From Eledone cirrhosa (lineage: Eukaryota), in assembly GCA_964016885.1 (NCBI GenBank), contig OZ024743.1, positions 196,602,001-196,666,000 of the forward strand: 64,000 nt of DNA, in the 5' to 3' direction. Below the pieces are notes generated by a model. That model worked only from the letters and a program-made list of their open reading frames with translations. It ran no database searches and was not told where the DNA came from. Made by a program: the position numbers and the translations under genes. The first letter of the stretch is position 1, and every line of letters begins with the position of its first letter. Positions 47,381 to 60,587 of this stretch are shown here, one piece after another.

Positions 47381-47726
47381 GAAATATACATAATGCATAT
47401 ATATTCATCTCATATATATATATGTATATATGCTCTGGTCTTCTTTTAGTCCATTGAGCGCTGCCGCATTTCTCGAAGATTGCGTTTCGTTTTGTTTTTG
47501 GCCCCCGCCGAAATACGATCTCGCTGAAATTATATATATATATATATGCAATTTGTGTTTATATTGTATCTGTATTATTTTTCACCGTCGGTCAGTCAAT
47601 GGCAACATTGAGGACCGAATAAATTAGATTACCGATATAAAAGACACAGAAGCGAAAAGCGAAAACCAACCAAACAGTGAGTGTGTTCTGTTATTAATTC
47701 TGCAATATTACACAAATATGACCCTC

Positions 47727-47822
<96 letters not shown>

Positions 47823-47870
47823 ATATATATATATAAACATATATATATATATATTCATACACCTCCTCCC

Positions 47871-47901
<31 letters not shown>

Positions 47902-47909
47902 GAGAGAGA

Positions 47910-48238
47910 GATTTTGAGTTTATGTTGGTTGTATACCAACACCTCAGTATGCAGGCTGGAGCACTCGACGAGGTGCGCAGGTTGGTTTGGTTACTCCGGA
48001 GTAGTGTAAAATAAAGTTAAATAAAAGTCAAATGATTAAAATTTAGCTTCGTTTATTACTGCTATATATATTTCAGTGACAGCCATCTTTGGCTGTGACC
48101 TCTTCAGGCAGTTTGAATTAGTATGAATTAGTAATTCAAACTGCCTGAAGAGGTCACAGCCAAAGATGGCTGTCACTGAAATATATATAGCAGTAATAAA
48201 CGAAGCTAAATTTTAATCATTTGACTTTTATTTAACTT

Positions 48239-48245
<7 letters not shown>
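47910..48245 (-). mobile_element. Second copy of the 36886 hammerhead foldback family (shorter arms)
   Basis: Near-identical tail. Inverted repeat 48007-48245 with an 11-nt loop. Hammerhead core CTGAAGA 48145, GAAA 48178, plus mirror copy. Confidence 0.85.
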
Positions 48246-48271
<26 letters not shown>

Positions 48272-48277
<6 letters not shown>

Positions 48278-48743
48278 ATTAAATAAATGGAAACTATATT
48301 TATAAAACCATATTTATTTCATTATATATATTTCGGGGATATCATATTAACAATATGCTATGCCTTCCTCAGACAAAATACAATATAAACAGTTTTATAG
48401 ATAAATAGATTCGACATACCGTTATAACACCGACTTCCATTTGAAGAGGTTTAAGCTGGCAGTTAAACTGCCAGCTTAAACCTCTTCAAATGGAAGTCGG
48501 TGTTATAACGGTATGTCGAATCTATTTATCTATAAAACTGTTTATATTGTATTTTGTCTGAGGAAGGCATAGCATATTGTTAATATGATATCCCCGAAAT
48601 ATATATAATGAAATAAATATGGTTTTATAAATATAGTTTCCATTTATTTAATATTGTAAATATACTCCAAATATTTGTCGAGTGCTTTTATATCAGTTAT
48701 AAATATTTACTAGTTGTAACCCAACAATTTTAAATATAACTTT

Positions 48744-48746
<3 letters not shown>
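48272..48746 (+). mobile_element. Hammerhead foldback element (387-bp palindrome, 1-nt loop)
   Basis: 48272-48658 centred on A48465. CTGAGGA 48558 ... GAAATATATATA 48596. Tail ACTC...GAGTGC at 48664-48685. Confidence 0.82.
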
Positions 48747-48798
<52 letters not shown>

Positions 48799-48965
48799 GG
48801 AAACTATATTTATAAAAGCATATTTATAGAATAAATATGCTTTTATAAATATAGTTTCCATTTATTAATATCGTTGATATTATACTCCAGAAAACCTGTC
48901 GAGTGTTTCGAATCTGTTATAAATATATTTGTTGAATTACTAACAAATTAAATATCCCTCTGCTT
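48799..48965 (+). mobile_element. Short related foldback element
   Basis: Hairpin 48799-48859 is homologous to the end of the preceding element. Tail ACTC...GAGTGT at 48884-48906. Confidence 0.75.
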
Positions 48966-48975
48966 ATATATATAT

Positions 48976-49663
<688 letters not shown>

Positions 49664-49730
49664 TATATGTATGTATGCATGTATATATATATATGTATAT
49701 ATGTTAACTTTTATATATATATATATATAT

Positions 49731-50012
49731 ATGGTTCAATTCCAGTCTTTCAGTCAAGACTGGAATTGAACCATCCGCACAGTTGAGGTATGTCAGACAT
49801 CAATTTATTTTATCTGATGAGGACGTACTGAGGAAACAGGACAGTATCTCTGAAATATATATAATAAAATATATTTGATTACATGAATGTCTATATTTAT
49901 TAATATTTTGAATTAATATTAATAACTCCAGAAAACTTCATTTTGAGTGCTTCTAATCTATTGTAAAACTATATTCATTGATTAATCAATGAACCTTGTT
50001 TAACTTTTGGTT
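49731..50012 (+). mobile_element. Hammerhead element with short terminal hairpin
   Basis: Hairpin 49731-49774, then TTTTAT-CTGATGA(49814)...GAAA(49852)TATATATA-ATAAAA. Tail ACTC...GAGTGC at 49925-49950. Confidence 0.78.
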
Positions 50013-50244
50013 ATATATATAGAAGTTCCAATCCCAAGAGAGACTACCTCAAAACTGGGTTGTTGAAATTTCTTAAAACTTCCGTTTTCTGTTTTTTCTA
50101 CGTGTACGATTTATTGATAAAGTAGACAAATTTCGAACACACGCATACCCCCCCACCCCCCCCACACACACAGACATACACATTTACACACACACACACA
50201 TTTACACACACAACCACATATATATATATATTTACTACATTAAC

Positions 50245-50390
50245 AGAGAAAGCTTTAAGCGATACTCTGACCAACTCCATCTCACTCAACAAACATTTGG
50301 ATATACCTAAGTATAATTCCAATTTAGTGTTTGGGGTGCTAACTATACAGTATTCCGTGGATAGCTGGTTGTATTATTTTATATGAGACA

Positions 50391-50391
<1 letters not shown>
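50245..50391. repeat. Unclassified TA-flanked repeat (second copy 51660-51808)
   Basis: Shared GAGAAAGCTTT.AGCGATACTC...CTCACTCAACAAACATT...GGGGTGCTAACTA...ATATGAGACATA. Confidence 0.7.
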
Positions 50392-50448
<57 letters not shown>

Positions 50449-50521
50449 TTCTACAGAACTAGAACTGTTTCATTCAATTGAACCCGAGACTTTCTCTCTC
50501 TCTACACACTCTCTCTTTCAC

Positions 50522-50606
<85 letters not shown>

Positions 50607-50709
50607 TTATGTACTGGGTGTTCACATATATTTCTTTGTTCATGGTTTACTGGTTTAGTTGTTAGACTACGGTCCTGCTGGGTCACCATATTAAGATGAT
50701 TTTAGTCGA

Positions 50710-51010
50710 TCAAACACAAACACACACAAAAGCACACAAACACACACACATACACACACATACACACACACATACACACAAACACACACAAACACAGACA
50801 AACACAGACAAACACACACAAACACGCACACATACACAAACACAGACAAACAGAGACAAACACACACAAACACACACACAAACACACACACATACACACA
50901 AACACACACACACATACATACAAACGCAGACAAACACACACACACACAAACACAGACAAACACAGACAAACACAGACAAACACACACAAACACACACATA
51001 CACACATGTA
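50710..51010. repeat. Degenerate CA-rich microsatellite (CAAACACAGA-like 10-mers)
   Basis: Direct inspection. Confidence 0.9.
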
Positions 51011-51324
51011 GACACAGCATATATTCCAATAGGCATGCACCCATACAAAACTACATACACTCTCACACACACTAATTGGTATTACACACCAACACAAACA
51101 AGGATTGAATCCCGGCTCCACCACAACACAGACACAAACAAAAAAATGAAAAGACCATACACACACGAAATGCACATTATCTGCACACATATAACGGTAC
51201 CAATGATAGACTAAGACGCTGGGTCTTGACACCTACCCACACATGTGCTGCCAGCTTACCTCATCCATCCAGATAACCTTTTTTACCCCACAACTTTTCA
51301 ATCTCCTCTTTCTCCTAACTTCAC

Positions 51325-51370
51325 ATATTTCTGATGAAAGACTAACGTCCGATAAGTCGAAACATTCCTT
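51325..51370 (+). ncRNA. Degenerate hammerhead core
   Basis: CTGATGA(51331)-A-AGACT...AGTC-GAAAC. Stems I and III are unclear. Confidence 0.45.
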
Positions 51371-51460
51371 TTTCTTTTCAGCAAGCGCGAAAGAATTTGT
51401 CTAACTGAATCCGTGTGTTTGTCTTATATATATATATACATACATACATACACACACACA

Positions 51461-51521
<61 letters not shown>

Positions 51522-51581
51522 AAAGTATGTGTTCCTACATGTAAAAAATATGTATAGGCATACAAGTATTTGCTAAACCTT

Positions 51582-51652
<71 letters not shown>

Positions 51653-51825
51653 CAATATCGGAGAAAGCTTTTTAGCGATACTCCGGCCAAATTCCAACTC
51701 ACTCAACAAACATTAGGAAATAAGTGATTATATTCCCAATTATGCGTTCGGGGTGCTAACTAAAAGTATTGCGTGGAAAATTGGCTGTATTATTTCATAT
51801 GAGACATATCTAATATATCAATATA

Positions 51826-51878
<53 letters not shown>

Positions 51879-51880
<2 letters not shown>

Positions 51881-52454
51881 ATGTATGTATACGTACGTGC
51901 ATATATGTATACAGACATACAGTAGTATGTATATATATACATACATGCACACATATATATATATGCACATATCGGTTTACCGAACATTTATTATAATGCT
52001 CGGTTTGTTTGTTTAAACAAACAGCCCGAATTACGCCGTACAGTGTTTAGGCAACCACGTCACCTTTTTGTTCAACACTGACACAGGAACGATGTACTAG
52101 TTTCAAGCTTATTAGCTATCGTCAGCATCGTATACCTTCCTGCCAGATGGTTGAACGTCTGAAAGTATATATTTTCCTTATGCATATTAACGGCTGAGCA
52201 GCATAATTTGCATATCGAGTGAGTTCAGTCGACCGGGCGCACCGAAAACGATAAATGGAATAGAATGAAACGAAATTTCCTTTCTCACTCTTAGTACGGC
52301 ACTTACTTAAATGTAAATATGTATGTCTGTATACGTACATACATATATGTATACAGACGTACAGTAGTATGTATATATATACATACATGCATACATATAT
52401 ACATGCACGTATCGGTTTACCGAACATTTATTATAATGCTCGGTTTGTTTGTTT
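51879..52454 (-). mobile_element. Retrozyme-like partial-tandem element (440-bp period) with hammerhead
   Basis: Direct repeats 51879-52014 and 52319-52454. Minus-strand hammerhead ACGATG-CTGACGA-TAGCT-AATA-AGCTT-GAAACTAGTA-CATCGT at 52131-52089. Confidence 0.82.
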
Positions 52455-52760
52455 GTAAAATGTGACAAATCACAGAGGCAATAAACATAAACATAAATGA
52501 ACGCCAACCAAAATTAAATAGAAAACATGAATGGAACTGCAACATCACAACTTACAATTAAGGACAAAATGAAAACACACACGAACATAGAACAAACAAC
52601 CAACCAGTAACATGTAAATAAACAAATAAATAAACAAATATAAACGCACACAGTCACCCGGATGTAACACATGCACAAATTAAGCGCACAACACACACAA
52701 AAACAAGATGGCGTAGGACAGAACAAAGGAGAGGCACAAAAACAAAGAAAAGAATCCCCA

Positions 52761-52803
52761 GTCACTGAAGAGGTCACAGAATGTGTGACGAAAGAACTTT
52801 GAC
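52761..52803 (+). ncRNA. Minimal hammerhead ribozyme
   Basis: GTCA-CTGAAGA-G-GTCACA-GAATG-TGTGAC-GAAAGAACTT-TGAC. Confidence 0.7.
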
Positions 52804-52998
52804 AATATATAAACAATCATCTGGTTGTGGAACCAACCAACCAACCGGAAATTTATAATTTCCTAAATTTATAAATTTATTATAATAAATCGCAGTGAAA
52901 GCAACTGGTGCGTGTGTTTCTTATTCGCAACATGACCCTCCCAAAGTATAACAATATATATATATATAGAGAGAGAGAGAATATATATATATATAGAA

Positions 52999-53072
<74 letters not shown>

Positions 53073-53407
53073 ATAAATATATATATATGTAGATAAATCT
53101 ACCAAGAGTTTACGGTAGTGTCCAATCCGTATGAAGGACTCAATGTAATCCGGATATCATGGAAAGAAGAGATGCAATGAAAAATCACTTTCGGTGAAAG
53201 ATAAACGGAATACAGAGTCAAGATAAAATATTAAAAAAATAATGAATAAAACAATGAAACAGTTCCTTATATTAAACAAAAAAAGTTCATTATTTAACGA
53301 TCGTTTCTAGGATATATATGTGTTAGAATTGGCATGCATATTCAACAGATCTATGTACAAAATTATACAAAATTATACAAACTATCAAAATTAAATATAC
53401 ATACCAA

Positions 53408-54302
<895 letters not shown>

Positions 54303-54310
54303 AAAACAAA

Positions 54311-55860
54311 TAACCACACAGACGGACCGGGTTTTAGAGTCATACGAGTTTTCAAGGAAACACATTTCCTCTATTCTCCAGAGGGCCAGACAGGAATATT
54401 GGACTAGTTTCGATGTTATTACATCTCATCAGCAATATTTACCCATCTTCCGGCTTCTCTGGAGAATTGTAAAAGCACATATCGTTATATGCTTTTTCTA
54501 TGAAAATTAGTAGTGGGTAGACTAACTTGCATAGAACGTGAGTCATTGTACGCACCGGTTCAGCGGAAACGATAAAAACAAATAACGAAACGAAATTAAA
54601 TTTCGTTTCGCTTCTAACTCACTTTTGTATGACTAACGCTTAAACAATTAAAGATGGGTAAATATTGCTGATGAGATGTAATAACATCGAAACTAGTCCA
54701 ATATTCCTGTCTGGCCCTCTGGAGAATAGAGGAAATGTGTTTCCTTGAAAACTCGTATGACTCTAAAACCCGGTCCGTCTGTGTGGTTACATACAGACTA
54801 GCTGACACTCACTGTAAAGTGTCTAGTGAAAAACTGAGTACATGTACATATGTATACATGTGTGTATTTATATGCATACTAATACTTCCGTATACATATG
54901 TAGATGTACACTTTAACTTAATTGTTTAAGCGCCAGTCATACAAAAGTGAGTTAGAAGCGAAACGAAATTTAATTTCGTTTCGTTATTTGTTTTTATCGT
55001 TTCCGCTGAACCGGTGCGTACAATGACTCACGTTCTATGCAAGTTAGTCTACCCACTACTAATTTTCATAGAAAAAGCATATAACGATATGTGCTTTTAC
55101 AATTCTCCAGAGAAGCCGGAAGATGGGTAAATATTGCTGATGAGATGTAATAACATCGAAACTAGTCCAATATTCCTGTCTGGCCTTCTGGAGAATAGAG
55201 GAAATGTGTTTCCTTGAAAACTCGTATGACTCTAAAACCCGGTCCGTCTGTGTGGTTATATACAGACTAGCTGACACTCACTGTAAAGTGTCTAGTGAAA
55301 AACTGAGTACATGTACATATGTATACATGTGTGTATTTATATGCATACTAATACTTCCGTATACATATGTAGATGTACACTTTAACTTAATTGTTTAAGC
55401 GTCAGTCATACAAAAGTGAGTTAGAAGCGAAACGAAATTTAATTTCGTTTCGTTATTTGTTTTTATCGTTTCCGCCGAACCGGTGCGTACAATGACTCAC
55501 GTTCTATGCAAGTTAGTCTACCCACTACTAATTTTCATAGAAAAAGCATATAACGATATGTGCTTTTACAATTCTCCAGAGAAGCCGGAAGATGGGTAAA
55601 TATTGCTGATGAGATGTAATAACATCGAAACTAGTCCAATATTCCTGTCTGGCCCTCTGGAGAATAGAGGAAATGTGTTTCCTTGAAAACTCGTATGACT
55701 CTAAAACCCGGTCCGTCTGTGTGGTTACATACAGACTAGCTGACACTCACTGTAAAGTGTCTAGTGAAAAACTGAGTACATGTACATATGTATACATGTG
55801 TGTATTTATATGCATACTAATACTTCCGTATACATATGTAGATGTACACTTTAACTTAAT

Positions 55861-55861
<1 letters not shown>
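54311..55861 (+). mobile_element. Retrozyme-like array: ~2.6 tandem 469-bp units plus a 5' inverted partial unit, four hammerheads
   Basis: Hammerhead AATATTG-CTGATGA-GATGT-AATA-ACATC-GAAACTAGTC-CAATATT at 54661, 55130 and 55599 (+), and at 54395-54439 (-). Units nearly identical, TA-flanked, no credible ORF. Confidence 0.92.
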
Positions 55862-55911
<50 letters not shown>

Positions 55912-55958
55912 ATTTATATATATATATATTTATATATATATATATATTTATATATATT

Positions 55959-55993
<35 letters not shown>

Positions 55994-55999
55994 ATATAG

Positions 56000-56186
56000 A
56001 TAGATGAGATTCTACAGGACTAGAACTGTTTCATTCTTTAGAAATCATCAGGAGATTCCTGATGATTTTTAAAGAATGAAACAGTTCTAGTCCTGTAGAA
56101 TCTCATCTATATTAAAACTGTTATACTCTGCAATGTATTGAGTACCTTACTTACTGTGGTTACCTCCGATTCAACCCGGAATAACG
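56000..56186 (+). mobile_element. Foldback with complete type I hammerhead
   Basis: Hairpin 56000-56110. GAGATTC-CTGATGA(56059)-stem II-GAAACAG-TTCTAGTC-CTGTA-GAATCTC, with a GUA site at 56095-56097. Tail ACTC...GAGTAC at 56125-56145. Confidence 0.85.
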
Positions 56187-56200
56187 TATATATATATATA

Positions 56201-56430
56201 TAGGAAAATGTTTAACCCCGACGTCAGAGGTCAAGCCGTTTCGACGGCTATTTCTGGACTAAATTAGAATTTAGCTAAAAATTCTAATTTTGTCCAGAAA
56301 CAACCATCGAAACGGCTTGAGCTCTGCCGTCGGGGTTAAACATTTTCCTATTACACACTCTACTACCCTAAGTATTGAGTACTCTGGTGCGTTATGGTCC
56401 ATCTGGTTCCTTACCACGACTCCTTCGTTA
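56201..56430 (+). mobile_element. Foldback with hammerhead 3' half and tail
   Basis: Hairpin 56201-56350 containing GAAACGGC-loop-GCCGTC. Tail ACTC...GAGTAC at 56357-56382. Confidence 0.8.
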
Positions 56431-56859
56431 TATATATATATAACAAACTAACATCCTTTCCCTCCCCTCTTCTCCTCCTCCCCCCTCCTTATCACACGCA
56501 CACACGCACCCACTTACACCACCCACCCCACACGCAACTAACATCACTAACACCCCCCAACCCCACGCACACGTACCCACACCCCCTCGTACACCACCAA
56601 CTCTACACATCCTACCACCACTAACCCCCACTCACACCTGCTTTCCACCCCTCCCCACCTCCCGTATACTAACACCCACTAACACCTCTTCACCAAACTA
56701 CTCACACACCAGTACACCACACTCCCTCCATAGAACCACACACACCTTTCTCTCCCCGCTCCACCCACACCCCCGCTCCACACTCACATATCCCACTAAC
56801 ACCCCTACTAATACACACACACACACACACACCCTCCTCACTCCAACTCTCACACCTAC

Positions 56860-57800
56860 CCATCCTCGCCTCCCTACCATTCCACCGACTGCTGCTATGC
56901 CCTTCCGACCACCTCTCAGCACCAACTGACCACAGCACTCCCACTGCTGACCACTTCCTGTTGCGCGCGCACCCCCACATCTCTCCTCTTCCGACCACCG
57001 CTTCTTGGATTACCCACACGCGAAATTGACTTCTAATCAAATCTCCAAACATCCGTGGAAATTACTAACTTTTCAACCATCCTCTTACGCCATCACCTAT
57101 ATAACTCACCCACACACACACCCCCAAAAAAATTTTTTTCTCCACACGCCACCCATACCCACAACACGCTTAAACCACACACACGTGCTTCCCAACACAT
57201 ATTTACACCCTCAGCCTCCTGATTCCTCTCCCCCCCTATCCACACACGCACAGACATTCCGACCCACAAAAACACCCCCCACACACACCTCTTCCTGAAC
57301 ATGCAGCCCCGTTCTTCCCCCAACCCTCACTTTCACATACACACACACACACACACACACGCACACCTAACCACACACACCACCTTCAGCCCTCCCCGCT
57401 CGGACACCCCGTCTCCCTCTCCCCACTCCACCCGCCACCACCCCAACTCACCCCACACCCTTCCACCACCTGTTTACCCCCCTTTTAATTTCAGTTTATT
57501 TTGATCATGCCTTTTTTTTTTATTTTCTCATTCCTCGTATTTTGATCATGCTTTATTTTTATTTATTATATTTTTTGTCTTTATTTGTTAATTTTTCATT
57601 CGCACCGTTTCCTTTCGCTATATGTCTCTCCACCACTCCCCTACACACCTTTTGAACTCTGTTCCCACACACTTCTCACGTGAAGAAGGGCTTATGCCCG
57701 AAACGTCGTCCCCCACCTACCCCCCACTCTCCTGAGCGTGAATTTAATAAACATTTATTGTACTGCCTCTCTGTTCTGTCCCTGTTCAAATTTTTCATTA
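56860..57800 (+). mobile_element. Highly decayed Penelope-like 3' end (possible GIY-YIG remnant, hammerhead, polyA signal)
   Basis: Remnant SDHLSAPTDHSTPTADHFL resembles the GIY-YIG EH...PVA.HF segment. GTGAAGA-AGGGC-TTAT-GCCC-GAAAC at 57680-57704. AATAAA at ~57746. Confidence 0.4.
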
Positions 57801-57818
57801 TATATATATATATATATA

Positions 57819-58024
57819 TAACGAAGGAGTCGTGGTAAGGAACCAGATGGACCATAACGCACCAGAGTACTCAATACTTAGGGTAGTAGAGTGGGTAATA
57901 GCAGAAAGTATGACCCCGACGGCAGAGCTCAAGCCGTTTCGACGGCTATTTCTGGACTATAGGTTTTTGCATGTTCAGAAATAGCCGTAGAAACGGCTTG
58001 AGCTCTGCTGTCGGGGTCATACTT
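57819..58024 (-). mobile_element. Foldback, same family as 56201-56430, opposite orientation
   Basis: Tail 57819-57900 is the reverse complement of 56351-56430. Hairpin 57906-58024 has a different loop. Confidence 0.8.
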
Positions 58025-58038
58025 ATATATATATATAT

Positions 58039-58176
58039 CATCTCGAGCTGAAGATCCGCGAAGGTGAAACAATTGTTCTCGGTATGGTGGACTAACTGTT
58101 GTGTAACCACTTCTACCTAACTCGTCCCTTGGACTGAGTGCTCTACCACTACGGATATTATCTTCCAGTGTTCCAC

Positions 58177-58180
<4 letters not shown>
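58039..58180 (+). mobile_element. Short hammerhead element in (TA)n
   Basis: CGAG-CTGAAGA(58048)-TCCGCGAAGGT-GAAACAATTGTT-CTCG. Tail ACTC...GAGTGC at 58120-58141. Confidence 0.75.
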
Positions 58181-58247
<67 letters not shown>

Positions 58248-58399
58248 AAAATTAACAAAGAGCGGACTAGACAACCAACGAAAAACAATCTTTAAGAGGA
58301 AACCTTAAAAAATTATTTAAAAAAAATAAAAATAGAAACGAAAGACATAGAACTTCATGGTCTACACTTATAAGTGATCACAGTAAGCGGTTATCGTTG

Positions 58400-59400
58400 T
58401 ATCATCATCATGGTTACCATCATCATGGTTACCATCATGATAATCATCATCATCATTATCATCATCTAATCATATAACGTCCGTTTTCCCTGCTAATAAG
58501 AGTTAGACGGGTCGTCACAGACTATGTCAGTACTTAGTCAGACAGGCCAGGGACTGGATCTCGTTTACATATGTTCCCATAATGTACAGAGTGTACTGGG
58601 TGCATTTTATCGTGACACCAGCATTCGGGAGGTTGTCGTTATTGACTCATCAGATGAGCCCACACTACCTTATAAGTGTTGTGTATGTGTGGCGGGGCGG
58701 GGTGGGGGTCAATGACTTGTCACAGGTGAGCCATGTTTGAGGATTAGGATGGAAGGAGCTAAGGAGGGGATAGGCATGATGTTGTGGGTGAAGGGTGGAT
58801 GACCTGTGTGATGGCATGGGTGTATGATAAAGGGTGTGGAGTTTAAAGGGGTGATGGGTGGTGTGAGTTGGCAGAGAGATGTGAGAGAGGAGAGGGTGAC
58901 GAGTGGGGCGATTCCGGATCGAGGGGGATACAGAATGAGAACAAAGCTATGGCTGGGGTGGGAATGATCCTAGATAGAGTAGGGGTACTAATTACTAAAG
59001 AGCGATCATGGCGGGGGATTGGTGCATCATTTTTATACTGGTAGGCGATACTTCTCTAGTACCTCTTGTACCAATCCTCGCAGTCTTTTGTTATCCCTGT
59101 CGTAAGAGTCGGCTTCCTAACGTCGGTCATCACTACTTCATCCCATTTCTTCCATAACCTACCTATTCTACGAACTCCATCCACTGAGGTTTCTCTCCAC
59201 TTCTTTATACAGCCGTCATCTTCCATAGCCATCATATGCTCATACCAATGCAGTCATCTCTCTTACACACATTTCCTCATATGCTTAGTTACTTTTACAG
59301 TTCACTTATGGTGCATCAGTGATGAACACTAATATCATCCACCCACCGGAGAATACTCTCTTCATTTCTTCCTAGCCTTCACACATATTCTGCACTCAAA
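58400..59400 (-). mobile_element. Older RTE LINE 3' end with (GAT)n tail
   Basis: Minus strand reads LHWYEHMMAMEDDGCIKKWRETSVDG..KKWDEVV. The UTR ends ...CGGACGTTATATGATT...GATGATG. Confidence 0.7.
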
Positions 59401-59524
59401 GCCCTCAGTAGCGATAGCTTACATTTCTAATAATTTCAAACCCAATCGCTGTTTCGAAAATATTCTTACTTGACATTACAGTTGCTAAGTTTATAGCTTC
59501 TAATTTGAATGGAAAAAGACGGGT

Positions 59525-59598
59525 GATGTGTTGGTGTAAATGGTAACACAGTGGTCCGCGGATAACCAAAGATGTGGGTTCGACTCCCATGTACGTCA
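59525..59598 (+). pseudogene. tRNA-like sequence (Pro-CGG-like, non-canonical) inside a 264-bp partial-tandem unit
   Basis: Acceptor GATGTGT/GTACGTC, D stem GTGT/ACAC, T arm GTGGG-TTCGACT-CCCAT, T5 terminator at 59608. Irregular anticodon arm. Flanking 63-bp direct repeats at 59411-59473 and 59675-59737. Confidence 0.6.
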
Positions 59599-59744
59599 AT
59601 ACACATCTTTTTCCATTTTTTCGAGGGTTCTTAACCCCACTATTAGGCTAAATAATTTCTTTAGTCAAAATACGGCGATAGCTTACATTTCTAATAATTT
59701 CAAACCCACTCGCTGTTTCGAAAATATTCTTACTTGATATATAT

Positions 59745-59778
<34 letters not shown>

Positions 59779-59779
59779 G

Positions 59780-60541
59780 TAATAATAATAAATTTGAAGA
59801 CTAAAATCCAAAGAGGGCTCGATAAGGATAAATATATATCAAATATATAAGAACCGTAGAGCAAATATTTATTAAAATAACAGATTAAAGTTTAAGCAAA
59901 GAATCGCTGCTTTCACCTTTAACGGGATCTTCTGAAACTAACAAAGTCAATCTGTGAACGCAGAAATGAATATTTAAAAAACGTTGCAACCGGAGGAAGA
60001 CAGGAAGACGATACTTTGGTTCGTGGAAACGTTCCCTCGCAAAGAACGGGAAAAAACGAATATAATACGTCATTATTTGGAGCGGTGAAAAACAATTACA
60101 CTCAAAGACAAAACCACGTTTATGGTATAAAAGAAGTCGTAGATTAATATTCTATTAGGTGGTTCATAGAGACTGAAAAAACGAAGATAATACGTCATAT
60201 GTGGAGCGGGGAGAATAATTTCACGCAAAGACAAAACCACGTAAATGGTATAACTGAAGTCGTAGACTAAAATTCTAACTAGGAAACCGAATGATTCTCG
60301 GCTTCAGAGTTAAGAATAAAGTAAATAAAATACAGAGATAATTGAAATTAAATAAATACATCCACGCATCCATATACGTACATACACAAGCATACGCGAA
60401 AACACTCGATATAGGTATACAAATACACGCACGTACACAAAAAAAAAACAAAAAAAAAATCCGCACGCACATACATAACCCACGCAACGCCTATACCCGC
60501 ACGTATAGAATCTATACACCAAATACACATAAAAATATATA

Positions 60542-60587
<46 letters not shown>

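Noticed and set aside
47436-47533. Possible minus-strand exon after an ataatttcag acceptor
   Set aside because: No convincing donor or recognisable peptide. It could be UTR but is unsupported.
50691-51232. Cys/Val- or Thr/His-rich ORFs
   Set aside because: Translations of CA microsatellite.
54651-55861. Repeated 64-72 aa ORFs, or a CRISPR-like array
   Set aside because: Whole units repeat with no unique spacers. The ORFs are by-products of a structured non-coding repeat.
60280-60312. Hammerhead-like CTGAAG plus hairpin on the minus strand
   Set aside because: The GAAA core is absent.
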